Assembly (NCBI RefSeq): GCF_003704095.1
Contig: NW_020844518.1
Span: 186,001-250,000 of the forward strand
Length of the DNA: 64,000 nt
DNA from: Pocillopora damicornis
Lineage: Eukaryota
Direction: 5' to 3'
Shown here: positions 27,201-44,400 of the stretch, one piece after another
Position numbering within the stretch: the stretch's first letter is position 1
Layout: every line of letters starts with the position of its first letter
The notes under the pieces: generated by a model
The model's input: only the letters and a program-made list of their open reading frames with translations
Told to the model about the DNA's origin: nothing
The model's database searches: none
Program-made: the position numbers and the translations under genes

Positions 27201-30200
27201 GAATATTAAATTTGCTTTTCACTTTAAAGTAAGGCAAAGAAATAAATATCTGTGTTGAGACTTGAAATCCGAACCACATCCTCTCGTAATTATTTTAATC
27301 GGATGGTGTAAGCTTGGTGGTTTTGTCCAATTGCAAGTCGCCCTCTACAAGTTCGCCCCTACCTCAACGTAGTGTTGCAAATTTTATCGATGAGTGGAGT
27401 CAGTGCGACTTCAGCTTCACAAATTTTGGAAATAATTTTTGAATATTTGGAGCCAAGTATTTCAAAGAAAAGAAGCAGTTTTATTTAATATTCCTAAAAG
27501 AGAGTCTTACACAATTATACTATTACAGTGTCTACTGGCTTGGTGCATGATATATTAAATGATAATGAAACAAAAACTACATGCGAAAATGTTTACACTA
27601 TCGTGACGGATACACGAAGTATCCAAGGTGGTCCGCTGACCTATAAAGCTCAAATCCGTGCTGACGGTAATCGAGTAAATTTTAATCGCAATTCACCCTC
27701 CTCCTTTTTGTCGTGCAGTACAGTTGTTTAATTTAGATTATTTAATTAAGGTTAAAAACGTCTGCACTTAATGTAAATTGCACTTGATGCGAAAAAGGTC
27801 AGGTGAAAACTTTGTTTGCTACCGTAAATTTCTGGGGTCGAAGTGACTCCCTCCGTAATCTCAGTGGAGTCATGTGAACAATTTTGGCGTAAAATACGCC
27901 TAATTTGGCACATTTGCGAATCCTGTCAACGAGTTGGCCTCATCAACTACATGAACTTCTTTACCACGCCTTTCTAAACACTGAGGTTCGTTTAACGCTT
28001 TACACCATAAAATCAGAATCCATATTCTCTACACTCTTCTCTTTAAACTTATTTTGGTACTTACAAGGAGAATTTGTTTAACAATCAAAGCTTCTAAGGT
28101 TGGTGATCATTTTCTTTATCCTTATGATCTTAAATGAATGATTCAGAAGTATTACTGTGAGGAGAAATTATAAGCTGGTCACTCTTAGTGTTTAAAGGGT
28201 TCAGAGAAAAAACATGTTTCTTCTGGCTTCAAGATTCACATGCAAAATTCTTGCTGTGACTCACATGTTTGTCTAATAATAAAGAGCTTCCCTAGTTGGT
28301 GATCATTTCTTTTCTTCTTGAAACCTTTATGTGTGATTCAAAGCTGATATTGTAATGAAAAATTAGATGATAGTCAAAGGTTAAAGGGTTCACTAAAGAA
28401 GATTTATGATGTGATTAGCTTTGCACCCTCAAACCACATTGAGAAGATCTGATTTTTGCCAAGAGATTTTCATGGATGTTTACAAAATCGTATAAAACTT
28501 GCATCAAATGAAGGCAATCAACACCCACATAGCTGCTATTTGTAATTTATATTGTCTTCTAATATTTTCTATATTGTTTAAGGCCAATCTATTATGTATG
28601 AATTTTTTATTCCGAGTATTTCTTCGCTTTCTACTTTTACACTATGGACAAAAACTGAGTGCAGTGACAGAATACAATGAACTGCGAAAAATAGTAATGA
28701 ATGATTACCTTTTGCAACAGCTGCAACATTTAAACTAAAACCCTTGTAAGAAGAACCATAACGAGACGAGAACTTTATATACAGGTAGCGACCAGAGGAA
28801 TATATAACTTCTGGATTCACTGTTCCACAATAGGATCCAAAGGGATTGGACGATGTGCTATCTCCATCATAAAATTCCAACTTCTCACTAAAACAAATTC
28901 CAAGAGATCCCCTTCCGACCTGAAAGTCATTAAATGTAACCTTCACTATATAATCACTGAGAAAGCTGCCAGCTTGGATGCGCCAATTACATTCCAAGTT
29001 GTAGCCATAATTTGATGGATAACCAGGACTTGTGATAGTTGTATTGAACCCCGTTGTGGCATCAATATCTTGTGGATAAACTGAACAACCTAAGTTAAAA
29101 GAAATTGAGTTATGAAAAGCAATTAACTAAACAATTAAACAACTAACAACAATAACAACAACACATCATAAAAATTTAAGAATAAGAGAGGTTTTCTTCC
29201 TGGTCAACCAACACTTACTGCACCTTCTATACCTTAAACTACCAAACAGCAAGAGCCACAGTTCCTGACATTGGTTTTTTCAAACTGGTAGACCTATCTA
29301 AAAATCCATTAATTTTAGTCCCTCTCAAGTTTTTAGATAGCAATACTCCCAAATTTTTATTTTTTGTACCCTGCAGATTTTCTGTCAGTGTTAGGGGTGC
29401 AATCATTTCCTTTGCCACCATAATAATGAAAGATAATTAATTAGTATGTGATGTCACTGTTAAAATTTAAACTATAATCAAACAGAGGAGTTACATAAAC
29501 CTATCTAGGAAACAACAGCCAAACTAACTACATGAAAAGAGATTACATTTTAGACTAAGTAAAAGCCTATTTTTTCCAAAAAACTGCTCACCTGATGAAG
29601 GTTTAATTTGAAAAATAGAGATGCTACTCAAACTACCAAAATGATCTAATTTCCTGAATCCATATGACAATGAATAATTTCTGACACAACTTTCTGAACC
29701 TTTTTTATCTTACAAATCTTTCATTTAAAAAAGCACCTATAATATATATAACAAATAAAATGGAATTACAAGCAAAAACATCATCAAAAGTCACACAATG
29801 TTTTCAACCATTGATAACATGGTTATTGACAGTCTATTGACTGCATTGTCTTTTTTTTTTTACAATAAACATTTGAAAAGTTGACAAATAATAATACAAA
29901 GGGTCATGGAATTATCAAAAGGATAAATTAATATTTAGTGCTCTTTGAATTTGCTTCTTTAAGAGGTAACAGCTAGACCCTTCTTATCATCATCTTACAA
30001 ACATAATTTCAAGTTTTATTGTAAGTTAATAGTAATACAATTATAGCAAAAAAATATTGCCAACTTACTCTGTCCATAAACAGGTTCAGAAATCCATGAT
30101 GAGGCTAATACAAGAACTATAATCAAAAGTAAAGTAAAGGTTAATGCTTTCACCCTTAAACTCTCATAAGTGACCAAGAAACAAAGAAAAATCATATGCC

Positions 30201-31534
30201 ATTGAATTACATGCACTAACTTCCCAAATGGTGTTGTTTTGCAATAGGGCAAAAGCAACAACCGTCCATATTGATCCCCTAGAGAGTCATGTATTTGTTC
30301 AGATGTACTTTCGCATTATGATCCTAAAAACAGAGTCTCTTGAGCTGATGCAGCAAAATTTGGAAACCTTTTTGGGTAGGTATTTGCAATTTGCTCTCAC
30401 TGGTGCTAATTTGAGAGAGATCGTTTGAATTTTGTGGAATTTATCAGCCTTTGGATGGCAAGGGTTGGTGCTTGGGACCAGTCTTCCTAATTTTAAATAG
30501 TGCACAACATGTGGTACAAGGAAAGTCAACAAGTCCAGAAGTGACAAGGTGGCTACGGAATAAAAGTAAGAAGGCTAAACAGATCTTAACATGTCAGTTT
30601 TCTTGCTTGTAGTGTACTTCAATTTTTTTCTATTTTTCTCTTTTTTTTATTACGACACAAGCTCATGCTTAAATTTTAATCTTAATCCCAAAATCACACA
30701 CAGTAAACTTGGGACACCAGTGGTTTGATTAAATTTTTTTTGTATTTCTGCTTGATGAATTATTTGCTTTCCCAACTGCAACCCACCCCTCCACCCCTTT
30801 TGAAATAGCTCCCCTCTCCAACCTATCACTGAAATTGTACACACACACACACATACACAATTGACTGCTGTCCTGTTTGCCTGACCCAAACTGAGACAGG
30901 CAACAACAAAACAGAACGCTACAATACCTGGTGCCACCCTAAAACTTTAATTTAAAATGTCGATTTAGATTCAACCCTTCGTTTGCATAGTAGAAAAATC
31001 ATAAGCTTCGTCTCATCACGAAGTGCTTAAGCTTCGTTTCGACCAGATTGATTAATCGTGCATGTACGCTATACATAATAAACTTTGAAAAGAAATCTGG
31101 AGGATTACAACAATGAAGGCACGAGTGAGCTGTCGGTAAAGTTTGCAAAATAAATGAAGCTAAGGTGAGGCTGTAGACTAATTGCAGACACTGCAAATTT
31201 ATAGAGACTACATGGAATTCTTTCTTTCGCTTGTTGTGACATTCGATCGATCGAAGTAAAAAATGTTTATAAATCACAAATTTAGATCTATAAAAGTTAA
31301 ACATCTATATCAGATCGCTCTTTTCGTACCTATATAGGTTGCTTTAGGCACTCTCGAGTCATCGATGAGGAAAAACACCTTAAACGTAAATACTAATCGA
31401 CTTTGATGCTTCGAATTGCATTGATCTTCATCGATCGCATCATGTCTAAGTGAGGGAGCTAAACCAAAAAAACAACACAAAATTTAATCATAGAAAAGTT
31501 TACCTATCACGTTGAAGCTTGCTCCAAGTGCCAT
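24251..31534 (-). CDS. CUB-domain receptor paralog C: signal peptide, 3 CUB domains, TM, Pro/Tyr-rich cytoplasmic tail, 578 aa
   Basis: Exons 31504-31534, 30069-30116, 28709-29089, 26716-27135, 25546-25953 and 24251-24699 give 1737 nt open, all phase-1 GT-AG. TM is IIVAITVGVVVFIVCICVVVCVA followed by KYK; tail carries PTAP, PPGY, PPPY and PSAP. Confidence 0.92.
24890..25015. repeat. GC-rich interspersed repeat with internal 15-bp tandem (GGGGGCGACAGGCTA)
   Basis: Reverse complement resembles 17349-17472 (GGTGATGTC.CCC...GGTCGCCCC...CGTCG...CCGAAAT). Confidence 0.6.
25975..26185 (-). mobile_element. tRNA-derived SINE-like repeat
   Basis: Minus strand TGGCTTGGTAGCTCAGTTGGTAGAGCACTGCACCGGTATCGTAAAGGTCATGGGTTCAACTCCCGT has A and B boxes, followed by a non-tRNA tail; intronic. 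Confidence 0.7.
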
Positions 31535-33186
31535 GAACAATCCAGCGGACAGAGATTTAACTAGTAAACGTTCAGATTCTGCAGGTGGACTTTTATTCGG
31601 TTTTCAGGCGTGGGTGGAATCATGGGTAGCTAATTAAGGTCTTGCGAAAACGGCCACAGGACAACCAGCAGCTTAACTGCTCTGAATAGCATTATTTAAT
31701 AACTTTAAATTACCAGAAACTGGTAATTACCAGAAATTTACTGGAATTTAAAAAGAAATTCTGATATTAATTCCGCGTGAATCTACTTGTTTTATACTTA
31801 TTTTAAAGCTAACATCAGATTTTTTATCCTTTCATTTCATTTCCCTGATTCACACAATTTCCAACTCTTCCTGTTAGACATTTGTTACCTCCTTAGCCCC
31901 GAAAATATCCTCATTATTGTGAAATTTTTTCCATTCAACTATCCCCTTGAAGATAAAACGATGCTGTATGGAAAAATTTCTCGATGGTCACTCCTAGAAG
32001 TGAAAAGGTTTTACTCCTTCCGCTACCTGGACCAATGGCGTCCTTTCTTTGCGGGAGCCTAACGCAGGAGAACCACAAAAGCCGTTAGATGTGGGACAGA
32101 GAATGCGTGATCCATCCACTTGAGCGATCACTTGTTCTGCCTTATGGTTTTAGCTTTACTCAGTGCTTTAACCTTCCCCCAGTCCCTCGTCATTGGTGCT
32201 CCAGGACGCGCGTTTATCGGCCTCGATAAGATTTGAGACGGGTTAGGGAGAGGTTTGCCGGGCAGGGATCTAGTGCATTCGCGAAAATAAGAAACGGTCG
32301 TGTCGAAGGGCTTGAAAAGCCAGGGACTGCCCATAGGCTATTATTGCTTTCGAATATATGTAAACAATAACTGCAAACTATTTTCGAATGATGAGCAAAC
32401 TTTCAATTAATTAAAAAAAAACAATACGGAATGGTGCTCCTGTGCATTGAATTCTAAGGTTAATCAGAAACCGGGCAACATAGTGGTATGTTCCATCATA
32501 GGTATAGCCGCAAACGCTAATCACTCGTATTTCAAACTTTACTAGAACAAACTTGACACATTGTTGAATACGGTAACTGAAAAAGACAAAATTACAAACA
32601 CGCGAATGAGCATAAAATAACTTACATCGTATGAGTGAAAGTACTGGAAAACGACAAAGCGAAATAAGCAAGGATACTTACAAGACGAATGTGACCAAAC
32701 CAAAGACGAAAACATGAAACCCAGAGCTAGATATGTAACGATAATTTTCGCAAACTAGACAACTAACCAAATAAATTACGCGCAACCAATATATATACGA
32801 TATGCAAATAAATATAACAAGTACAAAACTGGTAACTGACAAAGGACACTAATGAAGACGAGAAAATAAACACCTAACACGAAACTATGAAACACCAACA
32901 CTAACAAAAAATGATAATACAAATTCTTGCGCCTACAATAGGTATATAATTTTTTGCGTGAAAAACCTGTGTTCATGATCTCTTCTCTTCAAGAAGCTTA
33001 ACATCATCACATAATTATTGCTGTCAGCACTGACAGCAAAATTTAGGTGATATTTAGGTGTCCTGTGGCAGATGTCTCTCATTGAGTACGAGTTTGGTGA
33101 AACTTAAGGAAGTGTCTTAATTAAGTGTTTAAATTTCATTTTCTGAAGACTTCTTTCAAATACGGCTTTAAAAGTCCAATTTCTTC

Positions 33187-33239
33187 TAATTTTGCATGCA
33201 TATAATTTACAATCCATAGCTTCTGCTACTTATTCAGAG
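33187..33239 (+). repeat. 53-bp inverted copy of 34728-34780
   Basis: 52/53 identical to the reverse complement of 34728-34780. Confidence 0.9.
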
Positions 33240-33306
33240 CAGTGTGTCAGCACCTTAATCCCTGCTGTGTGACCACTGGTCGCATCATTTGTAAAGTAAA
33301 CAGAAC

Positions 33307-34813
33307 TTATGGTTCCTGAGGGGGGCGTGGACCGTTTGACTAGCGCATTCTGTTGTCATGAATACGACTGTCGTAGGGGTGGATACTATGGAACTGCTTC
33401 CTCCTCAGGGTAGGGTGGTGGTGACTCCGATGGATATGGGTACCCCGGGGGTGGTGAATATGCGTTGGACGGCGCATGAGCGAAATCCACAAGAGGGGCT
33501 GGGTAAGGATTTGATACCGGCTGCGGGAGTGGATGATGTATCACACCTGGCTCTGTGATATGGGGTTGTGTGGTTTGCGTTGACATCGGAATCCTGGCAG
33601 CAGCCGATTGTCTCTGAATCCTCCGCCTGCATTTTACAACATACACCAAATAAAGATAAGATGAGGAAGACAACCACACCGACAATGAGGGGTACTGTAG
33701 CCGACGAAGACTATGAGGAAAGAAGAAAAAAAGATTAATAATCACGAGAAGCTGTGGCCGACCTGCTAATGTATACTCAAGTTCTAATGATGACATTTTT
33801 TTATTTTTTCCTCTATTCCGAATTCCCGTTTTGTTATGTTTGGGTTTCTCAATTAGTTAACGAGTCAGTTAAATAGCTAATTGATTTGTTTGTTTTATTT
33901 TTGTCTCGTTAATTTTCCCTTTATAAGCAATTCAAATGCGCTGTAATCGTCATGATGACGCATACTTAGCTACCATTCTGAATATTCTTTTACCCGGGAT
34001 CACTAGTTACCAGTCTGGCGCCCTAACCACTCGACCACACTGCCTTCTTGATGTTTATCCTAACACCACACCCTTAATTAAATGAGAGTCCGTTACTAGC
34101 TTTTTCTCGCTTTAATCTACTAAATTGATAATCATTCACAACGAAGCATATGATCTGAACATGGACATGTCTCGAAGAAGTCGCGAGTTTGAATTTCGCT
34201 GTGAGGCGTAAATTTTAGGAATCAGACTGATTTTTGGCGAACAAATCCTTCCGTCTAGCGAAGGAAAGAAGGAAATAATCGCCATTTGGCGTAAACCAAC
34301 TTTGATTTTGGACCCTGTTTGTTCCAAGCGCCTTTCGAATAGCTAATTCAAAATCCTAACTTGGCGTTCTCACAGATAGAAAGCTTTTCAATTGAGTGCG
34401 GTTAAACCAAAAAGTTTTGGAAAATCAAAAACTGATAACAAAATAAAGCAACTTACATTTTACGTCCCTTACTGTAAATGTGCCTTTGAAACCGGTAACT
34501 TTCTTTCCTCTCTCGAACTTCTACATAATCTCCACAACATGATTCGTAGTCGTGTTCTAGTTGAAATTCATCAAAGTTGAGTCTCACAATCTTCCCTCTG
34601 GAACCGTGATCACCCAATTACATCTCTTACCTGGAGGGTACAAGAAACCTTCCTTTGGACTTGCTAAAGTTCCTTTCGTTCTAGTCCAACTTGGTTTCTC
34701 ATCGTTGAATTTCCCTAGGTAACATTTCTCTGAATAAGTAGCAGAAGCTATGGATCGTAAATTATATGCATGCAAAATTAACCAAAAACACGGAGGCCCG
34801 ATCCAAGTGCCAT
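33307..34813 (-). pseudogene. CUB receptor paralog D, internally deleted pseudogene
   Basis: Exon-1 copy 34783-34813 (MALGSGLRVF) lies only 35 nt from a CUB3 copy (34457-34747) that has a frameshift and an internal deletion. Tail exon 33307-33710 has a frameshift in the TM and a premature TAG at 33386. Promoter and 3' flank match paralog C. Confidence 0.85.
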
Positions 34814-35509
34814 GAACAATCCGGTGAACCGGGATAAAACCAAGTATCAGCAAAGATTTTACATGTAAATACCCGCATTAAGGCGGAGGTGGAGTCATGG
34901 GAGCTTTTTAATAAAAAGATCACAGGACAACCAGCAAATTAATACAGCGCTGTTTTATAACTTTGCTGGGACAGCTTGAGATGAAGGTTCCATTTAAAAG
35001 GAAAAAGGGCGTTTCATGCACAATTGTAAGACGAACCGATCGTTACACACCGATTAACAATACCAATTTATTGGACACTGGTTTCGAAAGTCAGCGAGCT
35101 TCAGAAAGCCGAATCTCAAGAGTTCTGCGTGACAAACAGCCCAAAGTGTAATACGAGGGCATGAGACAAAATAAAGAATTGCGATGTTTGGGAGCTTTTG
35201 CCTTGTGCCTCACAGTAATGCATTGACCACATAGACAATGAACAGCTCTACATTAAACACTTAATATTCCTGGTCACAATTGTTTTTAAGATCATATACC
35301 AAATCAACCAAATATATTTTTTACATCTTAGAGTGGGCATAAAAATCGTGCATATCTTATAATCTGGTCAACTACAAATGGACTAATTTAGGGGGGCACT
35401 GAAAAAGCTATATCCAAAAAAACAAAAAAAACTTGCTCTTGCCAGAGATGTAGGAAGCAAGGCAAGCTATTGACTAGTTTCCAAACTCTAGAAACAAAGT
35501 ATCCGAGAC

Positions 35510-35720
35510 TTAACCCTTTAACCCCCAGAGGTGATTAACATGTAAGTTCTCATATAATATCCATACATTATCCTTCAAACAGGTAATGAGAATACTCAAA
35601 CTGATCAGGTAGAAGTTGTCATCTTGATCTAACACCAAATTCTTGTTACTATTTGACCGGGAAATGTGTATCTGCTAGAGGGGAGAATTAACAATCAGAT
35701 CTTGGGATTTAAAGAGTTAA
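35510..35720. mobile_element. TTAA MITE copy
   Basis: TTAACCCTTTAACCCCCA...TGGGATTTAAAGAGTTAA. Confidence 0.8.
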
Positions 35721-36168
35721 AGACAGTTTCTAAGGTCCAGTTTGATCAATCCTGATGTAATTGATTTTCAACAAGTTTATTTTAATTGGTTTTTCCCTCA
35801 AGATGATCAGACTTGACCAGAAGGATTAAAATGTCACTGCTGTTACTGATGTTGGTCATCTTTTTTGGACAACTGTACATATCACTGGTGTTAAGTAGCT
35901 ACTGAGAGTTCCCTCTAAATGTAATAAATTAAAATTGTGATCAATGAAAACTTTGTTGCAAAGAGCTGATCAAAAATAGTAAATGTTAAATAAAGTGACT
36001 AAGACTGACAAATTCTGCATTATTTTTTGAGCAATGGTTAGCTGATTAATTAATGTATAAGATCACTGGCGTCATATGATGATGATGATAAACTTCTTTG
36101 AATGGAAAGACAACATTCTGTACACTTTAAAACATTGTTTTTACATCTGCTGCCATCAGAACTGAGGT

Positions 36169-40699
<4,531 letters not shown>

Positions 40700-40807
40700 T
40701 GATCTGATGTTGAACACACGGTTATGGCAAAGCTGTAATCCAAGGATTGGCGATTAGAAATCAGTTTGACAACAGAATTGTGTTTGTTTTACGCGGTGAA
40801 CAGGACC

Positions 40808-41496
40808 ATGGAGAATCGTGGTGCATTGTGGACTTTCCCGCTTCCCGCTAAAATGAGAGAAGACTGGGGTTAGCTAAGCTACCTTTCTTTCCCAAACCTT
40901 TGTCATTATTAGGGTATTCGAGACGGACCTTTTATTTTCCTTTTGATTTTAAAAGAAAAAGAGTGTTTTTTAAGTTGCTTTATAGCCTTCCAAGCTAAAA
41001 GCTAAAGCATCTTTGTGTTCAGCTCTGACCGTTGCATACCCAACTTTGACCTAGAAATTACATTAAGTGTAACGAGATTACCATCAGACTAATTCTAAAA
41101 AAGACGTGGAAGGGTTCTATGAAATTAGTTCTAATTATCTTAATTTGAAATTGTTGGTTATTCTTAATTGTATTCCCGCGAAATAATTTGTATCTTCATC
41201 AAAACAAAACAGATAAATTTAGACAGGAAGCACTCGAACACAATGACTCCTTTCGCTAATCCGCCTAACGCGCTGGGGTAATTCAATCAATTAGGTCCTT
41301 TACTTTAAGGGTTGAAAAAGAACATTTATTTCGAGTACCTAACCGGAGTTTGATCAATCCTGTACTAGTAGCACCGAGATCACAGTACTCGTCACTCTAC
41401 CAGAAGAGACCGACCCAGGAGACAAGATTGAGGCCAGGAAGCCTTATCACAAACACTGCCCGGAATGCTTGCGCATTCGAGACAAAGGCGGCTGAC
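40808..41496 (+). CDS. Putative small gene divergent from centrin, unknown product, runs into N gap
   Basis: accATGg at 40808; exon 40808-40868 (phase 1, GTTAGC donor) joins in frame to a tandem TAGTAG acceptor (41372) and stays open to the gap: MENRGALWTFPLPAKMREDWAPRSQYSSLYQKRPTQETRLRPGSLITN... No homology recognised. Confidence 0.35.
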
Positions 41497-44400
41497 NNNN
41501 NNNNNNNNNNNNNNNNNNNNNNNNNNNNNNNNNNNNNNNNNNNNNNNNNNNNNNNNNNNNNNNNNNNNNNNNNNNNNNNNNNNNNNNNNNNNNNNNCATT
41601 ACAAGACTTGATTCCCATCATTCACCACCGAAATAAGAGGACTCTGGTGTGTCCCCTCCCAACCCCCTCGTTAAAAATCATGTTTCAGAGGGGCATGCAT
41701 TCAAGCAAATCACTTGCATGAGTGCGAGAGCAAGGTCACGCGGTTCGATCCGATGCACTTATTAGATTTCCCTTTAACGAATTAAAGCTATATCATAATA
41801 AGATAAACATCAATTTTGAACTGACCACAGATAGCACTTTTTGATTTGCATAACATTGCCTCGGTTATATCAGCCTGTATACCACATTTGGTAACCAATC
41901 ATAAACCATCCGCCCTTCAGACCTGGCTTATCTAGCTTCCGCCTAAGTATATTTCCGATGAAAATCAGACAAACTTTTTTGTGAGTAAAATACGCTGCCT
42001 GTATTTATTTATGGCATGCAGGCCACCGTATCCGGCGGAAAATTTACTAGCCATACGGCGAGACTGGTGGAACATAGGATATCACGGAAATCGGAAAAAT
42101 AGCGCTAGCTTGCGTTCGATTCCTTCATTACGCGCCAGCTCCTCTTTTATATCATGTTTATCCTTAACTTTGACATAGTCATATGCATCTCGACTAGAAT
42201 TACGCTTTCATGACGTGGCGTGCTCGTCTTCTAACTGAGATGGGCTGCACTATTAAGTTTTAACTCACCAACACTTGAATTCATCTGAGCCAACGACCAC
42301 ATCCGTACAAATGTAACTTATTTATGCACATCTCCTTATTTATCATGATTTCGTTCAGCTTTAATCCTCAATAAATGCGTCGGAAAATCACTTTAATCTT
42401 TTTTTACAAGAAGGTTATTTTATTTGAATGACATAGGATCAAACAGTAAATATATATAGATGACCTCATTCGCGCCTTCTCTGCAACAGGTTTCGCGATC
42501 GATCCCGTTAAACTCTGCTCTCTGACAAATGAAACTGATACAGCGAAAGATCTTACAGCTTGGTCATGGGAATTAAAGTAGCGATTTCAGCTTTTTTTAT
42601 TATTACATAATAACATAACAGTTTTTCTTCCGGTCTGTGGGAGACATGGAACAGGCAAACAAACAGAAACAAAGAAATGTAGCTACTCAGACCAAACAAT
42701 TTTAGAATACAACAGTGCAAATTTGAATTTCTGTATCTAGCTAAGCTTGGCAGGAGATTTCAAGAGGATGTGCGCTTGACTTCATTTCTTTTGTTTTTCG
42801 ATCTCGTGGGAGTGAAATAAGGGGGCCGATATGATATCACATTGCAATCTGAAGAGGTGTTGTCCGGTGTCATATCTAAAATAAAATTACCATTGTGGCC
42901 GATAGACCTCGTTGTCGGATACATGAGACATCTAAAGTAACCGAGAGAAACTTAATAACGATAGAAGAGGCAAGCATGATCAGAGTATGAAATTTCATTT
43001 CTTCAGTAGCACTTAGGTAGACGATCTGGTGCAAAACCGCAAATTCTGGTACTTCCGTTTGCGTGGGCACAGTTTTTCATAGAGGGACCTAGAAGAGACG
43101 AAATTGTCTGTGCTGATCGTCTGAAGTCTCAACGATTTCCTATCTTAAGGTAAGATAATGCAACAATCTTTTTTATCGTATTGGAAGGTTTTCATTTGTT
43201 ATTATGTCGGTGCCGAGAATTGAAAACGTTTTTCATTTACTCCAGGCACAGTAAAAGGTAGAAATAGGATGTATGGGTATCCGTTAGGCCGCTCGGATCA
43301 ATTACCGCTACAATTTAAAAGTATAAAAGTGAAAGCAACATTGTTTACTATATATATATATATATATGTATATATATGTATGTACAGAAACCATTAAGTG
43401 CTTGGAAACACACCATGTGCGATTATTGAAGCGATCCAACCAGTATTCACGAGGCTTAATCGGAGATTCGGTTGAAGCGAAAATATCGATCGATGGAAAT
43501 CGAAATTATTCACGGGGTATTATTATAGAATATGGAAATTAGTCAAAGCGCATCATGAAACAAGTTAGTTGTTGACTTGTTCAAGCCTGGAGAAATATTA
43601 TCTACGACTGAAACAAGATTATTAGTTGGCTGAGGTCAGACCTGGAAGTTCAAGGGTATCTTATGTTTACTCCCAGATCTGATTGCAATGTAAATTCTCT
43701 CAACATAATCAATGGGTTGTCCAGCAAACAGGTAATGAGAATTGAAAAACTTTCAATTATCAGCTAAAAGGTGCTACTTTGATAAAATATAAAAAAACTC
43801 CCAAACGTGTGGTGTACATCGGCCAGGTTAGAGTGAGAGTTATGGATTAGAAGACATTTGGAATCGAATTTTTTTTTTTTTTTTTTTTTACCTCTTGAGC
43901 CGGTAGAGAGTCACTTGAATAGCTCTTTACTCTTAGTTTGATTACCATAGCTGTAACTTGAACAAATGCCAAAATAGCCGGAAAAACGCTTGCTTACCTG
44001 CGAGACGTGAGCTAATCAAATCTAACCCCCTTCCTTACTCCTCGACAAAAGGAAAAAAAAATAAGAATCGAGTGAACTTCCCAAGTGCTTTCAGATTCCA
44101 TTAACTTTACATGATGTTTTATTTTTGTTTATTTTGTAACTTTACGTCGAACATATCTTAAAGAATTGGATTACACAAACGTTCAAATTTTCATTAAATC
44201 AGCATAACTATTTTGAGTGGGTTTTTGGACTATGACCGGAAGCGGCGGTGGTCACTGATCAACGAGCTACACGCAAATGTGCCCCGAGTGATTCAGCTGA
44301 CCTACAAAGTCATGGGATTCATGCATGGATATTTTAGAACTTTGGAATATTGCCTAAAGATCAATTTATTATTTTTTATGGCGTCCAACTTTTGACGTCT

